Shown piece by piece: positions 36,674 through 48,260 of a DNA stretch of 64,000 nt. The notes below the pieces were generated by a model, which was not told where the DNA came from, made no database searches, and worked only from the letters and a program-made list of their open reading frames with translations. Made by a program: the position numbers and the translations under genes. Each line of letters begins with the position of its first letter. Positions within the stretch are counted from its first letter, which is position 1. Source of the stretch: Macrostomum hystrix (lineage: Eukaryota; Animalia; Platyhelminthes); the NCBI GenBank assembly GCA_950097015.1, contig CATNEN010000033.1, forward strand, positions 2,976,001 through 3,040,000, read 5' to 3'.

Positions 36674-37010
36674 GTCTATATAATAAAAATGTGCTTTACT
36701 GTCACAGCTTAAACCCTAGTACCCTGTGCACTTAGTAAAGTGCAGAGTGAACAATAGCTATAAAAGCTTTTTTTTAAGAAAGGCCTCTTATTGTTGCACA
36801 GCACACAAAGTGGTCAGAGAATCAATATAGAGTGGGCATGTGCCATAGGTTCTATGGTAAAAATGTATATCAGTTTTTAAGGAAATCTTGTTTAAGAAAT
36901 CTAGTCTATAATTTTTTTAGTCTATAAATGTGATAACAAAAATCCTTCTTGCTACACATTTTGCTTGGACCAATTCTATGTAAAAAACAACTCTACAGTT
37001 GTGATTTTAG

Positions 37011-37840
37011 CCATAGTCCGGATCCTGGCCTGTATGACAAATTAATTTGGCGTACAGTCACCCCTTGCTAACCCGATTGGCATACATTGGCGTACAACCA
37101 AAAAATTGGGCCCTACCTATTGGCGTGAGTGGCATACACACTGTTGCTGTTGCAACTTGCAATGTAATGTAGATAAACATCAGTATTTTTTAGGAATTTG
37201 CACAATAATTTAAAAAATGGAATTTATGCAATAATACATTCACTTTAACAAAATAAATTCCCATCTATTGTTCTATTGAATAATTTTAATATTCTAATAT
37301 AACCTGCTGCTAGAGGCATAATATATATTTTACTTGCTTGCAGTATAACAGGGATATATATAACATAGGTGTAACTGTATTTAAATTGCAATATGTTACA
37401 TTTTTCCTTAACTATTAACTGATTTCTGATTAATGCTAACTGATTAACTGATTATTTGCTAACTGAAACTGACTGGCATTAAGACGAAAGTTAAGACTAA
37501 AGTTAAATGTTAAAGTTTCTGTCAAACTCTGTAAAGCTGAAAGCACAATGTCAAGTAGGTCTACTAGTAAAAAAAGACCATGAGTTGAAACATCAAGCTC
37601 TGTTGAAACTGAAACTGAAAGCAATAGCAAAAGCTATTATAGCATATAGTGTACTATTGGTATCTTGGAGTTGGAAACTATTCAACTTTTCATTGAATAG
37701 TTTTGAAGTAGGAAATTTGTACCTATAAAAGTGGTGTACAGTTAGGGAAGGCAGAAAAAATTTGGCCTACATTGGCATACAAACTGTGGACTCATCAAGT
37801 CTTAGTTTGGCATACACCCTGTCATGATCTGGACTATGGG
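37011..37840. mobile_element. Non-autonomous TIR element family C, 830 bp
   Basis: TIR ccatagtccggatc / gatctggactatgg (13/14 match) and perfect 8-bp TSD GATTTTAG (37003-37010 and 37841-37848). Subterminal ttggc(g/a)taca motifs at both ends. No transposase ORF. Confidence 0.85.
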
Positions 37841-38517
37841 ATTTTAGCAATTTTTAACTGATATATTGCTTTAGAGCCTATAGATTGCTACAAGGCATTT
37901 TGCATAGTTCAACCCCAAGGGCAAACTTGTATGCTCTGCACACTTCTCTAGTGACTGTCAAGTCAAATCCAAATTGATGATTCTCCTATATATTCATATG
38001 GCAGTGAACATATTTATAAAAAGAGCCAATATCAACTCCTTGCTGATGGTAAAGTAAGCCAGAAATGAAGAAGATTCTACTATGTTTTCCCCTACTTCAT
38101 TGCAGATGAAAAGTGTTCACTCCAAGGCTGCTGAGTTGGTGAGACAATGTAGACCTATATTTGTGGTTGTGACAAGAACTGTGGGCAATTGTATGCTAAA
38201 TGTTGCATTATATTTGAGGATATATCTACAACATCTAAGACTAATCTTATCAGACTGCAACCAGTGGCAACCTGCGCCTGCCTTCTACTAGCATAGTCAT
38301 GACTTTGTGGCTGACAGAAAAGATGTGCAGCAATTAAAATTTAATGCTCTATACTTTAAAGAGTAACAAGAGATACAATTGAGTCAAAAGTCTTGTATCA
38401 AAAACAGGCTTCACTTTTCCAACATATTTTGTGAGTATGTAATAGCATTTGGCTAAGGACAGTGGCAGAATGCCATACCTGGCACTTGACTAACCTGGTG
38501 ATCAGATCATATCTGAA

Positions 38518-39189
38518 AGGCAGAGCTTATTCCCATGGTCCTGTGCCAATAATTTCAATTTTATCCACACGGATCCGTGCCAATAATTTTCTGCTTATCC
38601 ACACAGCAGCTTGCATGAATAGGTCTAAACCTCTTTATATAAATATGCCGTTAATTTCAATTTTATCCACATGGCTCTGCACTTTGAAACAAGGCCCTTT
38701 CAGGCTTGAACGTTTTCTTGAACCCTTGAGCCAATAGATCAACAAAGTTGCCAGTATGTTACGACAGTGTTAGACTACATTTTGACCTACACATTCATTA
38801 ACCAACATTAATGTCATTCTTTTTAATTATTGTAATAACAACTTACTAAATCTTTTGTCATTGTTACATGTTTTCATTCGAATTGTATTGACTTAAAAAG
38901 TAAGATCTATCTATCAAAGAAAATCATACGAGTCAACCAGCAGAATTCTAGTCAGCAACAAACTCATCACACATTATACATCATTGTTATTATTTTACAC
39001 TATGCATCAATAGTGTACACTATATACTATACTCTGAAGCAAAAGCCTTATGCTCAGAGAATAGGTAGGGACTTGAAAGTAGACCTATTCATACAAGCTG
39101 CCGTGTGGATAAGCAGAAAATTATCTGCACAGATCCGTGTGGATAAAATTGAAATTATTGGCATGGGACCATGGGAATAAGCACCTCCT
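38518..39189. mobile_element. MITE family A, copy 2, 672 bp
   Basis: Colinear with 13632-14317. Long TIRs and a perfect ATCTGAA(A) TSD on both sides. Confidence 0.88.
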
Positions 39190-41527
39190 ATCTGAAATTG
39201 TGCCTGTAGAAGCTAGCAAGAGACTCAAACATTCATGAGGCAGGCAAATGCCAGAAACAACACCCTCAATTAATTACTTTTTGCACCTTTAGTTCCTAGG
39301 CTCTCTGCTATATTGTATAGAACTAACATTACTCTATTGTTATATTTAGTTCCTCTCAACCTTTATGTTTTATGCTGTACCTGGGCCCATGTACCCTTCT
39401 GGTCAAATTCAGTGCCATGTCATTGTCAGTGCTACTGTCCATGAGTATATTTTTTGTATACAATGCCACATCAATGCAATGAATTGAACTTCTGTTCAAG
39501 TATATTTCTCCTGCTATACATTCACTTTTTGCACAGATTCGAGTTAAAAAATTGAACCTTAGCCATTGGCCTACATATGTCAAAATAAATTATCTCAGTA
39601 TTATCAGGCCCAGCTTAAATTATCAAGCCTAACGAAAGGTCATGATTATAAGGACATTAAATGAAGCTTCATATTTTGAATTTGTACAGAATTAAACTGA
39701 AATCAATAACTAAAATATCAATAAACTCATTGATCCATCAATGTGAAGTACTAATGGGTTTAAATTTTTATTTTTATTTTAATATCAATTTCGCTTTATC
39801 GTGACAAAAAACCAAAAAAGCTAAAATACAATTAATATATTAAGCATATGAATATATTCAAACACTACACTTCATGAGGAAGATTATCCCTTGTCTCGAG
39901 TTAATGCTTTACAAATTTATATAATGTCGCATATAAAATATAAATATAAACCGAAATATAAAAAGAACTAAAAATATTGTTTAAAAATGAATTTCAAAAC
40001 AAAAATATAACAAAAAACTAAGTGCAAAAACGAATACATCTTTCCTAGTTATTCTATTATGTTAAACCGGTCTTAGGATTTGCCCAATAGTATAATTTGT
40101 ATTGCAAAACTAAAATTAGCTTCAATCGTTAAAACGTGATCTAAACAATATGACATTCGTACCATGCTCTACATATTGTTTGTGTTGTTGGTGGCATTTT
40201 ATGTAGTCAGGACTCAGATCGTGTTAATAAATAAATAAGAATTTCGTGCTCTAAATATAAAAACATATAAATTATTCATTTTTTCGCCAATAACACATGA
40301 CTTTTCATTTAGCAGCTTTTCAGCCAGCAAATTAAGGCAACCTAGCTGATTTAACTTCACTTTCCGACCGAAATAAAGAGCCTTGTCCAAGATTTTGTTA
40401 TTGGCATGTCAATTTTTAAAGCATTAAAACTTATTTTAGCTCTTTCGTTTTTTCTAACCAAACAACGAACCAAGCAAATCAAACCAAGCTACTAGTAGTA
40501 GACTTACTCAGGAGGGACCGTAAAAGTCACTTTTTTACTGGCGGTGTTTCGCCATAGCAGGTATTCATTCGTCATAACTGCTCCGAACTGCTTTCGGTGT
40601 TGTTGAGTACAGCACCTCTGCAGTCGACGTGTTTACATGCACATCGCTCTCCCTGCAACCAAACAGGGCCGGCCGGCTGGGTTTTCGATTAAAAAATCGT
40701 ATTTATTTAACGATAAATCACTGTGTGCTGTTGCCTGTCTATTTAAATAAATGCATTAAGTAAAGAATGTGATTTTAATCGCGTGCATATTTATAACGAA
40801 TTTAAAGTCGGGGTTCGATTCCCGACTTCATTGGAATAATTAGTCTCCCTTTAGTAAAACAGTTAACTAAGTATTTCTTTAGCTCACCAAGCTCACCAAG
40901 TATTGGCACCAGCATTAACTGAGGTAATTTAGGGTGGGTGTGGTGTCTCCGGCCTCCAGTCCATGGACTGAATTGCCATTCGCAGCCTTCAGATGCATCT
41001 CGCAATGCTGCGGCTTGTGCTGTAAGCCGCAGATCTGGCCCATAATTTTTGTGCTGAGATTAGGAGGAAGGTTATCAGGTATGTGAACTGTGACTCTGTG
41101 GAGTGCAAGGCTCCTTGCTTTGCTTTTTTCTTAGCATTTAAGCAGCCAGTGTGCATGTGCTAAACAATTTTCAAATGCAGAACATTGCTCTAACTGATAA
41201 CCTGTGCATAATTCAGAAAATATAAAGAAAATTATTCCAAAAAAGTTATTCTGGTTTAGTCTACCACTTGAATTGAAAGCACGAGCTGTCATAAAGCTTC
41301 GTAGATTAATTTTCGCATATTTTTCATTTGCCTTGTGTGCTAAACATCGCACAGAAGCTAGGTTATCTTCAATGAACAAGTAGCATTTGATATCCAAGAA
41401 AATGAAGCAACGATTAGAATTGAAGTCACTTTATTACGTTCAAAATTCAACGAATAGTTATCCCGTATTTCCATTCAGAGTTCTTTTCAGATTACAGATC
41501 TAACCATTCCTGACAGACTCCTGATAT

Positions 41528-42360
41528 GACCCAACGTTAAATCTGAACCTGACCCAACGTTTTTTCTGAACCTGACCCAACGTTAAATCTGAACCTGACC
41601 CAACGTTTTTCTGAACCTGACCCAACGTTAAATCTGAACCTGACCCAACGTTTTTCTGAACCTGACCCAACGTTAAATCTGAACCTGACCCAACGTTAAA
41701 TCTGAACCTGACCCAACGTTAAATCTGAACCTGACCCAACGTTAAATCTGAACCTGACCCAACGTTAAATCTGAACCTGACCCAACGTTAAATCTGAACC
41801 TGACCCAACGTTAAATCTGAACCTGACCCAACGTTAAATCTGAACCTGACCCAACGTTAAATCTGAACCTGACCCAACGTTAAATCTGAACCTGACCCAA
41901 CGTTTTTCTGAACCTGACCCAACGTTAAATCTGAACCTGACCCAACGTTTTTCTGAACCTGACCCAACGTTAAATCTGAACCTGACCCAACGTTTTTCTG
42001 AACCTGACACAACGTTAAATCTGAACCTGACCCAACGTTAAATCTGAACCTGACCCAACGTTAAATCTGAACCTGACCCAACGTTAAATCTGAACCTGAC
42101 CCAACGTTTTTCTGAACATGACCCAAAATTCTCCTGACATGACCCGAAATTATCCTGAAATGACCAAAAATTCTCCTGACAGATCCAAAATTCTCCTGAA
42201 ATTACCGAAAATTCTCCTGACATGACCCGAAATTATTCTGAAAGCATGACCCAAAATTCTACTGACATGAGCCAAAAATCTTATAAACTGACTAAAAATT
42301 CTCCTGAAATGTCCCAAAGTTCTCCTGAAATGACCAAAATTCTCTAGACATGATCCAAAT
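41528..42360. repeat. 22/23-bp minisatellite (about 26 copies) grading into a degenerate ~21-bp repeat
   Basis: ctgaacctgacccaacgtt(aaat/ttt) to about 42115, then tgacccaaaattctcctgac-like units. Confidence 0.92.
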
Positions 42361-43279
42361 ATCAAGGTACTGCCCGAATTCTCCAGCTATGTACCGGAAT
42401 TCTCACGATACGGCCTTTTAGCCCGGAAGTTTTAGGATATGAGCTAATTCTGAAGATTGTGAGTCAACATAGTTATTTTCCAAATAGAAATGGCCCTATT
42501 TGCTTGCTAGTTCATCTTTTATTCACAAAGAAAATGATAAGGAAATACAAGAAGGCAATCCGAAGTTGCCGAAATCAGAAATTTTCAAACAGCTAGAAGC
42601 ACAATCAATATACAGTTTATTAGGATGCAGTTTAGCCATAAATCATGAACATTTATATTACACAGGCCATTATGAACATGAGAGCTAATCAGGCAGAACC
42701 TGGGTGAATCTTTGGCTTGCATCCGTGATTCATTGCTGTGTGCTCATTTGGTGCGGGACACTTCAAAACCGAATCAATAGTGAAATTGGAGGCGCGAGGC
42801 AATGCAAGATGAATCAATCAGATAAATAAGAATCGAATTTTAAGTTAATTTTTAAGTTTGAGTTCAGTTTGGAAGCGGCCAGGCGGTGGAGTGGTTGCTC
42901 AAGCGGAGCACATTAAGAGTGGCAGAGTATGACAAAATAGGCTGTCCATGGTTTGCTAAACTGCTCAAAAGAGATTGACTAAGATTTCAGGCGAAGCTGT
43001 ACAGGTTTTGAATTACATCATCCGGATCAGTCTCCTGGCGCATGCGTGTTGAGATCAGTTCCGAATTTGTCAGAAATTTGATTACTGAAATAAACACCTT
43101 AGAATTCTACAATGTAAGCAGCCAATGGGTGAAAATCAACAACTTTGAGCACAGACACACACACACACATACACACAGAGAGAGAGATAAAAAATGCAGG
43201 TCCTCTTGAATACGAATTCGCTATTCTTCAGTACTTTGTTCGCTAGTGGCATGTCTAAAAGCGCCAGTGGCTGAGGCAG

Positions 43280-44503
43280 CTACGCCAGAACTGGCAGCTT
43301 GGAGCTCAGAGAATCTTTCAGGCTGCAGCCTCGCTTCGTGTGCTCGACAATCACGTGCTGCAGAGTCTTGACCTGTTCGCGAAGGTCAACCGCTGTGCGC
43401 TGCAGCCGGCTATTCTGCGACTTTAGCTCGTTGACGCGTTCCTCCAGGAACCGGATTCGCTCGAGCTTCCGCTCGCGGCACTTCCTAGCTGCATCACGAT
43501 TCCGTTGCCGCTTCCGCTCCAACTTTAACTGCTCCTGATCTCCGCCGCTGAGGCCGCAACGCCTGGAGCTGCCTCCGGAGGCTGCCCGGCCAATGCCGCT
43601 GCTGGCGTCGTCCAAGTCCATGACGTCCATTGGCTCATCGTCACCGCTGTCCTCGGTCGTGTAGCTGCCACCGGCTGTGGAGGCCGGCTGAGTTGGCAGC
43701 GGTGGCGGAGCGCTCGACACGGACACAGTGACAATGGAAGATACGGGCGGTGCTGAATGGGCTGTGGCGGAGAACAGGGCACTGACTGGCTGCTGCTGCT
43801 GCTGCTGGCTGATGGTCACTGCAGCCTGGCCGGACTGAATTGAACCGACACCGCCGGCGGCAAAGCCTGGCCCGGAGATGTCCATCATGACCGGCGTGTT
43901 TAGCTGGTTCTCGTCCACGCCCTCGCGCTCCTTCTTGATCATGCTCTTGATTTTCTCGTCGAAGTTCCTGGTGGACAGAGGCACAGCAATTAGATTAAAG
44001 CTAAACTCTCTAGATAGACTTTAGACTTTGAAGACTTTCTTCAAAACCACAGACACAGTGTAGAATAGCTCAATTTGCAAAAGCAGAATTTGCAAAGCCA
44101 CTCACATGACAAAGCGCTCCTGCTCCTCAGTCACGAACTTTGGATTCAAAAACGTGGTCGGCGTCTGTGGCGCATTGCCTCCGGCCGAAGTCGGCGTGAT
44201 GCCGACGGTCAGACTCTGGCTCACCAGCTTCTCAAAGTCTGGCGAGGTCAGCAATGGCGTGACGCCAGTGGAGCTTGTGAGCCCTAGATTTTTTAGATCT
44301 GGAGAGTTCAGCTGCGCCAGCGGGGTCAGGCCTCGAATGTGGGCGACACCGATGGCACTGTTGCCAACATTCATCGATGACTGCAGCGGCAGAGTCATTG
44401 AGCCTTTCAGATTGCGCAGGCTGGCTGCTGAGCCGCCGGCCTGGGAGACAGTGACAGTAGCGGAACTCTGCGCCACAATTGGCTTGGTATGCAGCGAAGA
44501 CAT
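43280..44503 (-). CDS. jun: Jun-family AP-1 bZIP transcription factor, 361 aa; exons 44503-44106 and 43967-43280
   Basis: Delta/JNK-docking-like [11 protein letters not shown] sites LNSPDL and [12 protein letters not shown] motif [19 protein letters not shown], and b[39 protein letters not shown]...HTKRGC. The 138-bp intron (AT|GTGAG...CCACCAG|G) gives FVMNFDEKI in frame. Confidence 0.95.
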
Positions 44504-44642
44504 TTTGTTAGATTATGAAGCACAGTTTTACAGCTAGCACTGAGTCAGAGCAAGCGTGTGCTTTTCACTACCTATTCGAATGTGAAAAGGTAAAAAGAAT
44601 ACAAGAGCCTAGGCTAGCCCAAGACACTCCGAAGCAAAAGCT

Positions 44643-45360
44643 ATGAGTCATCCACGCTGGCCACGAGGGGCGAACTATATACGGTTAGTCAGAGTGGGCT
44701 GTGCTATTTTTAGCTTCTTCCAGGGGATGAGGCAACGCTCTAGAATTAGAATCAGCCTTTGTACGCATATGACCTGTGCTACAACCCGCGCTGTCATGGC
44801 AATATCGATTGGCCCAGGTTTTTGGCCCCGGACTGGGGAGACAGGAGAGAGAATGGGCGGGGGTGAAGCTTGGTGTGTGCTTGGGGCAGCACGGAGGGGG
44901 GTGCGCAAATTGGGGTGGGGGCCCGTGGGGCACGCTGTTCAACCATGCTGCCATTTTCAACCGTACAGCTCATTTCTAAATTTGGACAGGGCCGCCTTCC
45001 ACCAGTACGCTGGTCTGGTCTCTACTTCCCAGCTTTATGAAAAAACGATGAGTCATGCTAACTAAACGCCCGGCCTTGCTTTCCGAGCTAGACTTTGTCT
45101 TATTATAAAATAAATAATAATAATAACTAAACTATAAAGCCATGCCGAGTGCCGGCCCCGTCATAGCCTTCAAGTGGCAAAAAATGTCCGACGCTTTTTA
45201 TTGGCCATGGCCAATAGTGGTAGGGCAGGCCGCATACTGATATGCTGCGAGTCAGGCCATCATAAAACTACTCGTAAATTAGTCTTGCCTTTGCCTTGGG
45301 TCGATCGCCTTTGCTGTCACGACGTTCGTTTTGACTGTCACTAGACCGGGATTCCCGGAA
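44643..45360 (-). promoter_or_regulatory. Candidate jun promoter: AP-1, TATA, MEF2, GC-box, CCAAT and GAS/kB-like motifs
   Basis: ATGAGTCAT at 44643-44651 and 45048-45056; TATATA 44676-44681; CTATTTTTAG 44704-44713; GGGCGG 44855-44860; palindrome TATTGGCCATGGCCAATA 45199-45216; GGGATTCCC overlapping TTCCCGGAA at 45348-45360. Motif matches only. Confidence 0.6.
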
Positions 45361-45904
45361 AACATGCGATGATGAGAGACAGGAGAAAAGAGATGTGGCC
45401 AAGCCTTGGCCGCGCACGCTAGTAATAAATAATATTATAAATTATTTATATTGCAAATGCAAAGTTGTTTATAACCAAATTTGATTCACAATTTCACATT
45501 CCAGTCAATTGGCGTTGGGGCATAAGCAGATACAACAAGGTAGAAGGAGTGATTATAAAACAAAAAATTATGTCTTAGCTTAAAATATGCCGGATTATTA
45601 AATGGCAAATGTAATGCTGAATAGTGATGGACTGAAAACAGGCCATGAATTAATAAGAGTCTAGCTTTAAAAAGCAATTTCCTTATCTTCAATAACAGAC
45701 AGAGCAAGAGAATAATAACATAAACAATAATGTTACCTAAAAAGTAGTTTCTTATAGGCCAGAAAACCCGAAGAAAGAATGGCTCTTCGAGTGGAATGTC
45801 AAATGCCCGTCTGACACTACTAGCAGTAGGCGAGAGCAAATGTTACGCAAGTTACATGCAACAAAAATTGCCCCATCAAAATCGTACTCTAACAGAAACA
45901 GGTG

Positions 45905-46855
45905 CTATTAACTAGTCTAACAGGTGCAATCAACTCAGCCTAACAGGTGCAATCAACTCAGTCTAACAGGTGCAATCAACTCAGTCTAACAGGTGCAATC
46001 AACTCAGTCTAACAGGTGCAATCAACTCAGTCTAACAGGTGCAATGAACACAGTCTAACAGGTGCAATGAACTCAGTCTAACAGGTGCAATCAACTCAGT
46101 CTAACAGGTGCAATCAACTCAGTCTAACAGGTGCAATCAACTCAGTCTAATAGGTGCAATGAACTCAGTCTAACAGGTGCAATCAACTCAGTCTAACAGG
46201 TGCAATCAACTCAGTCTAACAGGTGCAATCAACTCAGTCTAACAGGTGCAATCAACTCAGTCTAACAGGTGCAATCAACTCAGTCTAACAGGTGCAATCA
46301 ACTCAGTCTAACAGGTGCAATCAACTCAGTCTAACAGGTGCAATGAACTCAGTCTAACAGGTGCAATGAACTCAGTCTAACAGGTGCAATGAACTCAGTC
46401 TAACAGGTGCAATGAACTCAGTCTAACAGGTGCAATCAACTCAGTCTAATAGGTGCAATCAACTCAGTCTAACAGGTGCAATCAACTCAGTCTAACAGGT
46501 GCAATCAACTCAGTCTAACAGGTGCAATCAACTCAGTCTAACAGGTGCAATCAACTCAGTCTAACAGGTGCAATCAACTCAGTCTAACAGGTGCAATGAA
46601 CTCAGTCTAACAGGTGCAATCAACTCAGTCTAACAGGTGCAATGAACTCAGTCTAACAGGTGCAATGAACTCAGTCTAACAGGTGCAATCAACTCAGTCT
46701 AACAGGTGCAATCAACTCAGTCTAACAGGTGCAATCAACTCAGTCTAATAGGTGCAATCAACTCAGTCTAACAGGTGCAATCAACTCAGTCTAACAGGTG
46801 CAATGAACTCAGTCTAACAGGTGCAATGAACTCAGTCTAACAGGTGCAATCAACG
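45905..46855. repeat. 23-bp minisatellite, about 41 copies
   Basis: Unit actcagtctaacaggtgcaat(c/g)a; each unit contains CAGGTG. Confidence 0.96.
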
Positions 46856-46864
46856 CACTGATGA

Positions 46865-48260
46865 CCCCAGCTGAATCTGACAGGTGCTGCAATGACTACC
46901 CTATAGCTGAATCTGTCAGGTGTTGCAATGACTACCCCATAGCTGAGTCTGTCAGGTGCTGCAATGACTACCCCATAGCTGAGTCTGTCAGGTGCTGCAA
47001 TGACTACCCCATAGCTGAGTCTGTCAGGTGTTGCAATGACTACCCCATAGCTGAATCTGTCAGGTGCTGCAATGACTACCCCATAGCTGAGTCTGTCAGG
47101 TGTTGCAATGACTACCCCATAGCTGAGTCTGTCAGGTGCTGCAATGACTACCCCATAGCTGAATCTGTCAGGTGCTGCAATGACTACCCCATAGCTGAGT
47201 CTGTCAGGTGTTGCAATGACTACCCCATAGCTGAGTCTGTCAGGTGTTGCAATGACTACCCCATAGCTGAATCTGTCAGGTGCTGCAATGACTACCCCAT
47301 AGCTGAGTCTGTCAGGTGTTGCGATGACTACCCCATAGCTGAATCTGTCAGGTGCTGCAATGACTACCCCATAGCTGAGTCTGTCAGGTGTTGCAATGAC
47401 TACCCCATAGCTGAATCTGTCAGGTGCTGCAATGACTACCCCATAGCTGAATCTGTCAGGTGCTGCAATGACTACCCCATAGCTGAGTCTGTCAGGTGCT
47501 GCAATGACTACCCTATAGCTGAATCTGTCAGGTGTTGCAATGACTACCCCATAGCTGAGTCTGTCAGGTGCTGCAATGACTACCCCATAGCTGAATCTGT
47601 CAGGTGCTGCAATGACTACCCCATAGCTGAGTCTGTCAGGTGTTGCAATGACTACCCCATAGCTGAGTCTGTCAGGTGTTGCAATGACTACCCCATAGCT
47701 GAATCTGTCAGGTGTTGCAATGACTACCCCACAGCTGAGTCTGTCAGGTGTTGCGATGACTACCCCATAGCTGAGTCTGTCAGGTGTTGCAATGACTACC
47801 CCATAGCTGAATCTGTCAGGTGTTGCAATGACTACCCCATAGCTGAATCTGTCAGGTGCTGCAATGACTACCCCATAGCTGAATCTGTCAGGTGCTGCAA
47901 TGACTACCCCATAGCTGAATCTGTCAGGTGCTGCAATGACTACCCCATAGCTGAATCTGTCAGGTGCTGCAATGACTACCCCATAGCTGAGTCTGTCAGG
48001 TGTTGCAATGACTACCCCATAGCTGAGTCTGTCAGGTGTTGCAATGACTACCCCATAGCTGAGTCTGTCAGGTGCTGCAATGACTACCCCATAGCTGAAT
48101 CTGTCAGGTGCTGCAATGACTACCCCATAGCTGAGTCTGTCAGGTGTTGCAATGACTACCCCATAGCTGAATCTGTCAGGTGCTGCAATGACTACCCCAT
48201 AGCTGAATCTGTCAGGTGCTGCAATGACTACCCCATAGCTGAGTCTGTCACGTGCTGCAA
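46865..48260. repeat. 36-bp minisatellite, 39 copies, open in one plus-strand frame as (AESVRCCNDYPI)n
   Basis: Unit gctga(a/g)tctgtcaggtg(c/t)tgcaatgactaccccata; ORF 46861-48276. Confidence 0.96.

Noticed and set aside
40508-40652. Minus-strand exon-like segment with good splice sites (candidate brm 5' UTR exon)
   Set aside because: Non-coding and cannot be tied to brm from sequence alone.
40805-40828. GGTTCGATTCCC hairpin resembling a tRNA T-arm / B-box
   Set aside because: No upstream A-box, D-arm, anticodon arm or acceptor stem could be formed.
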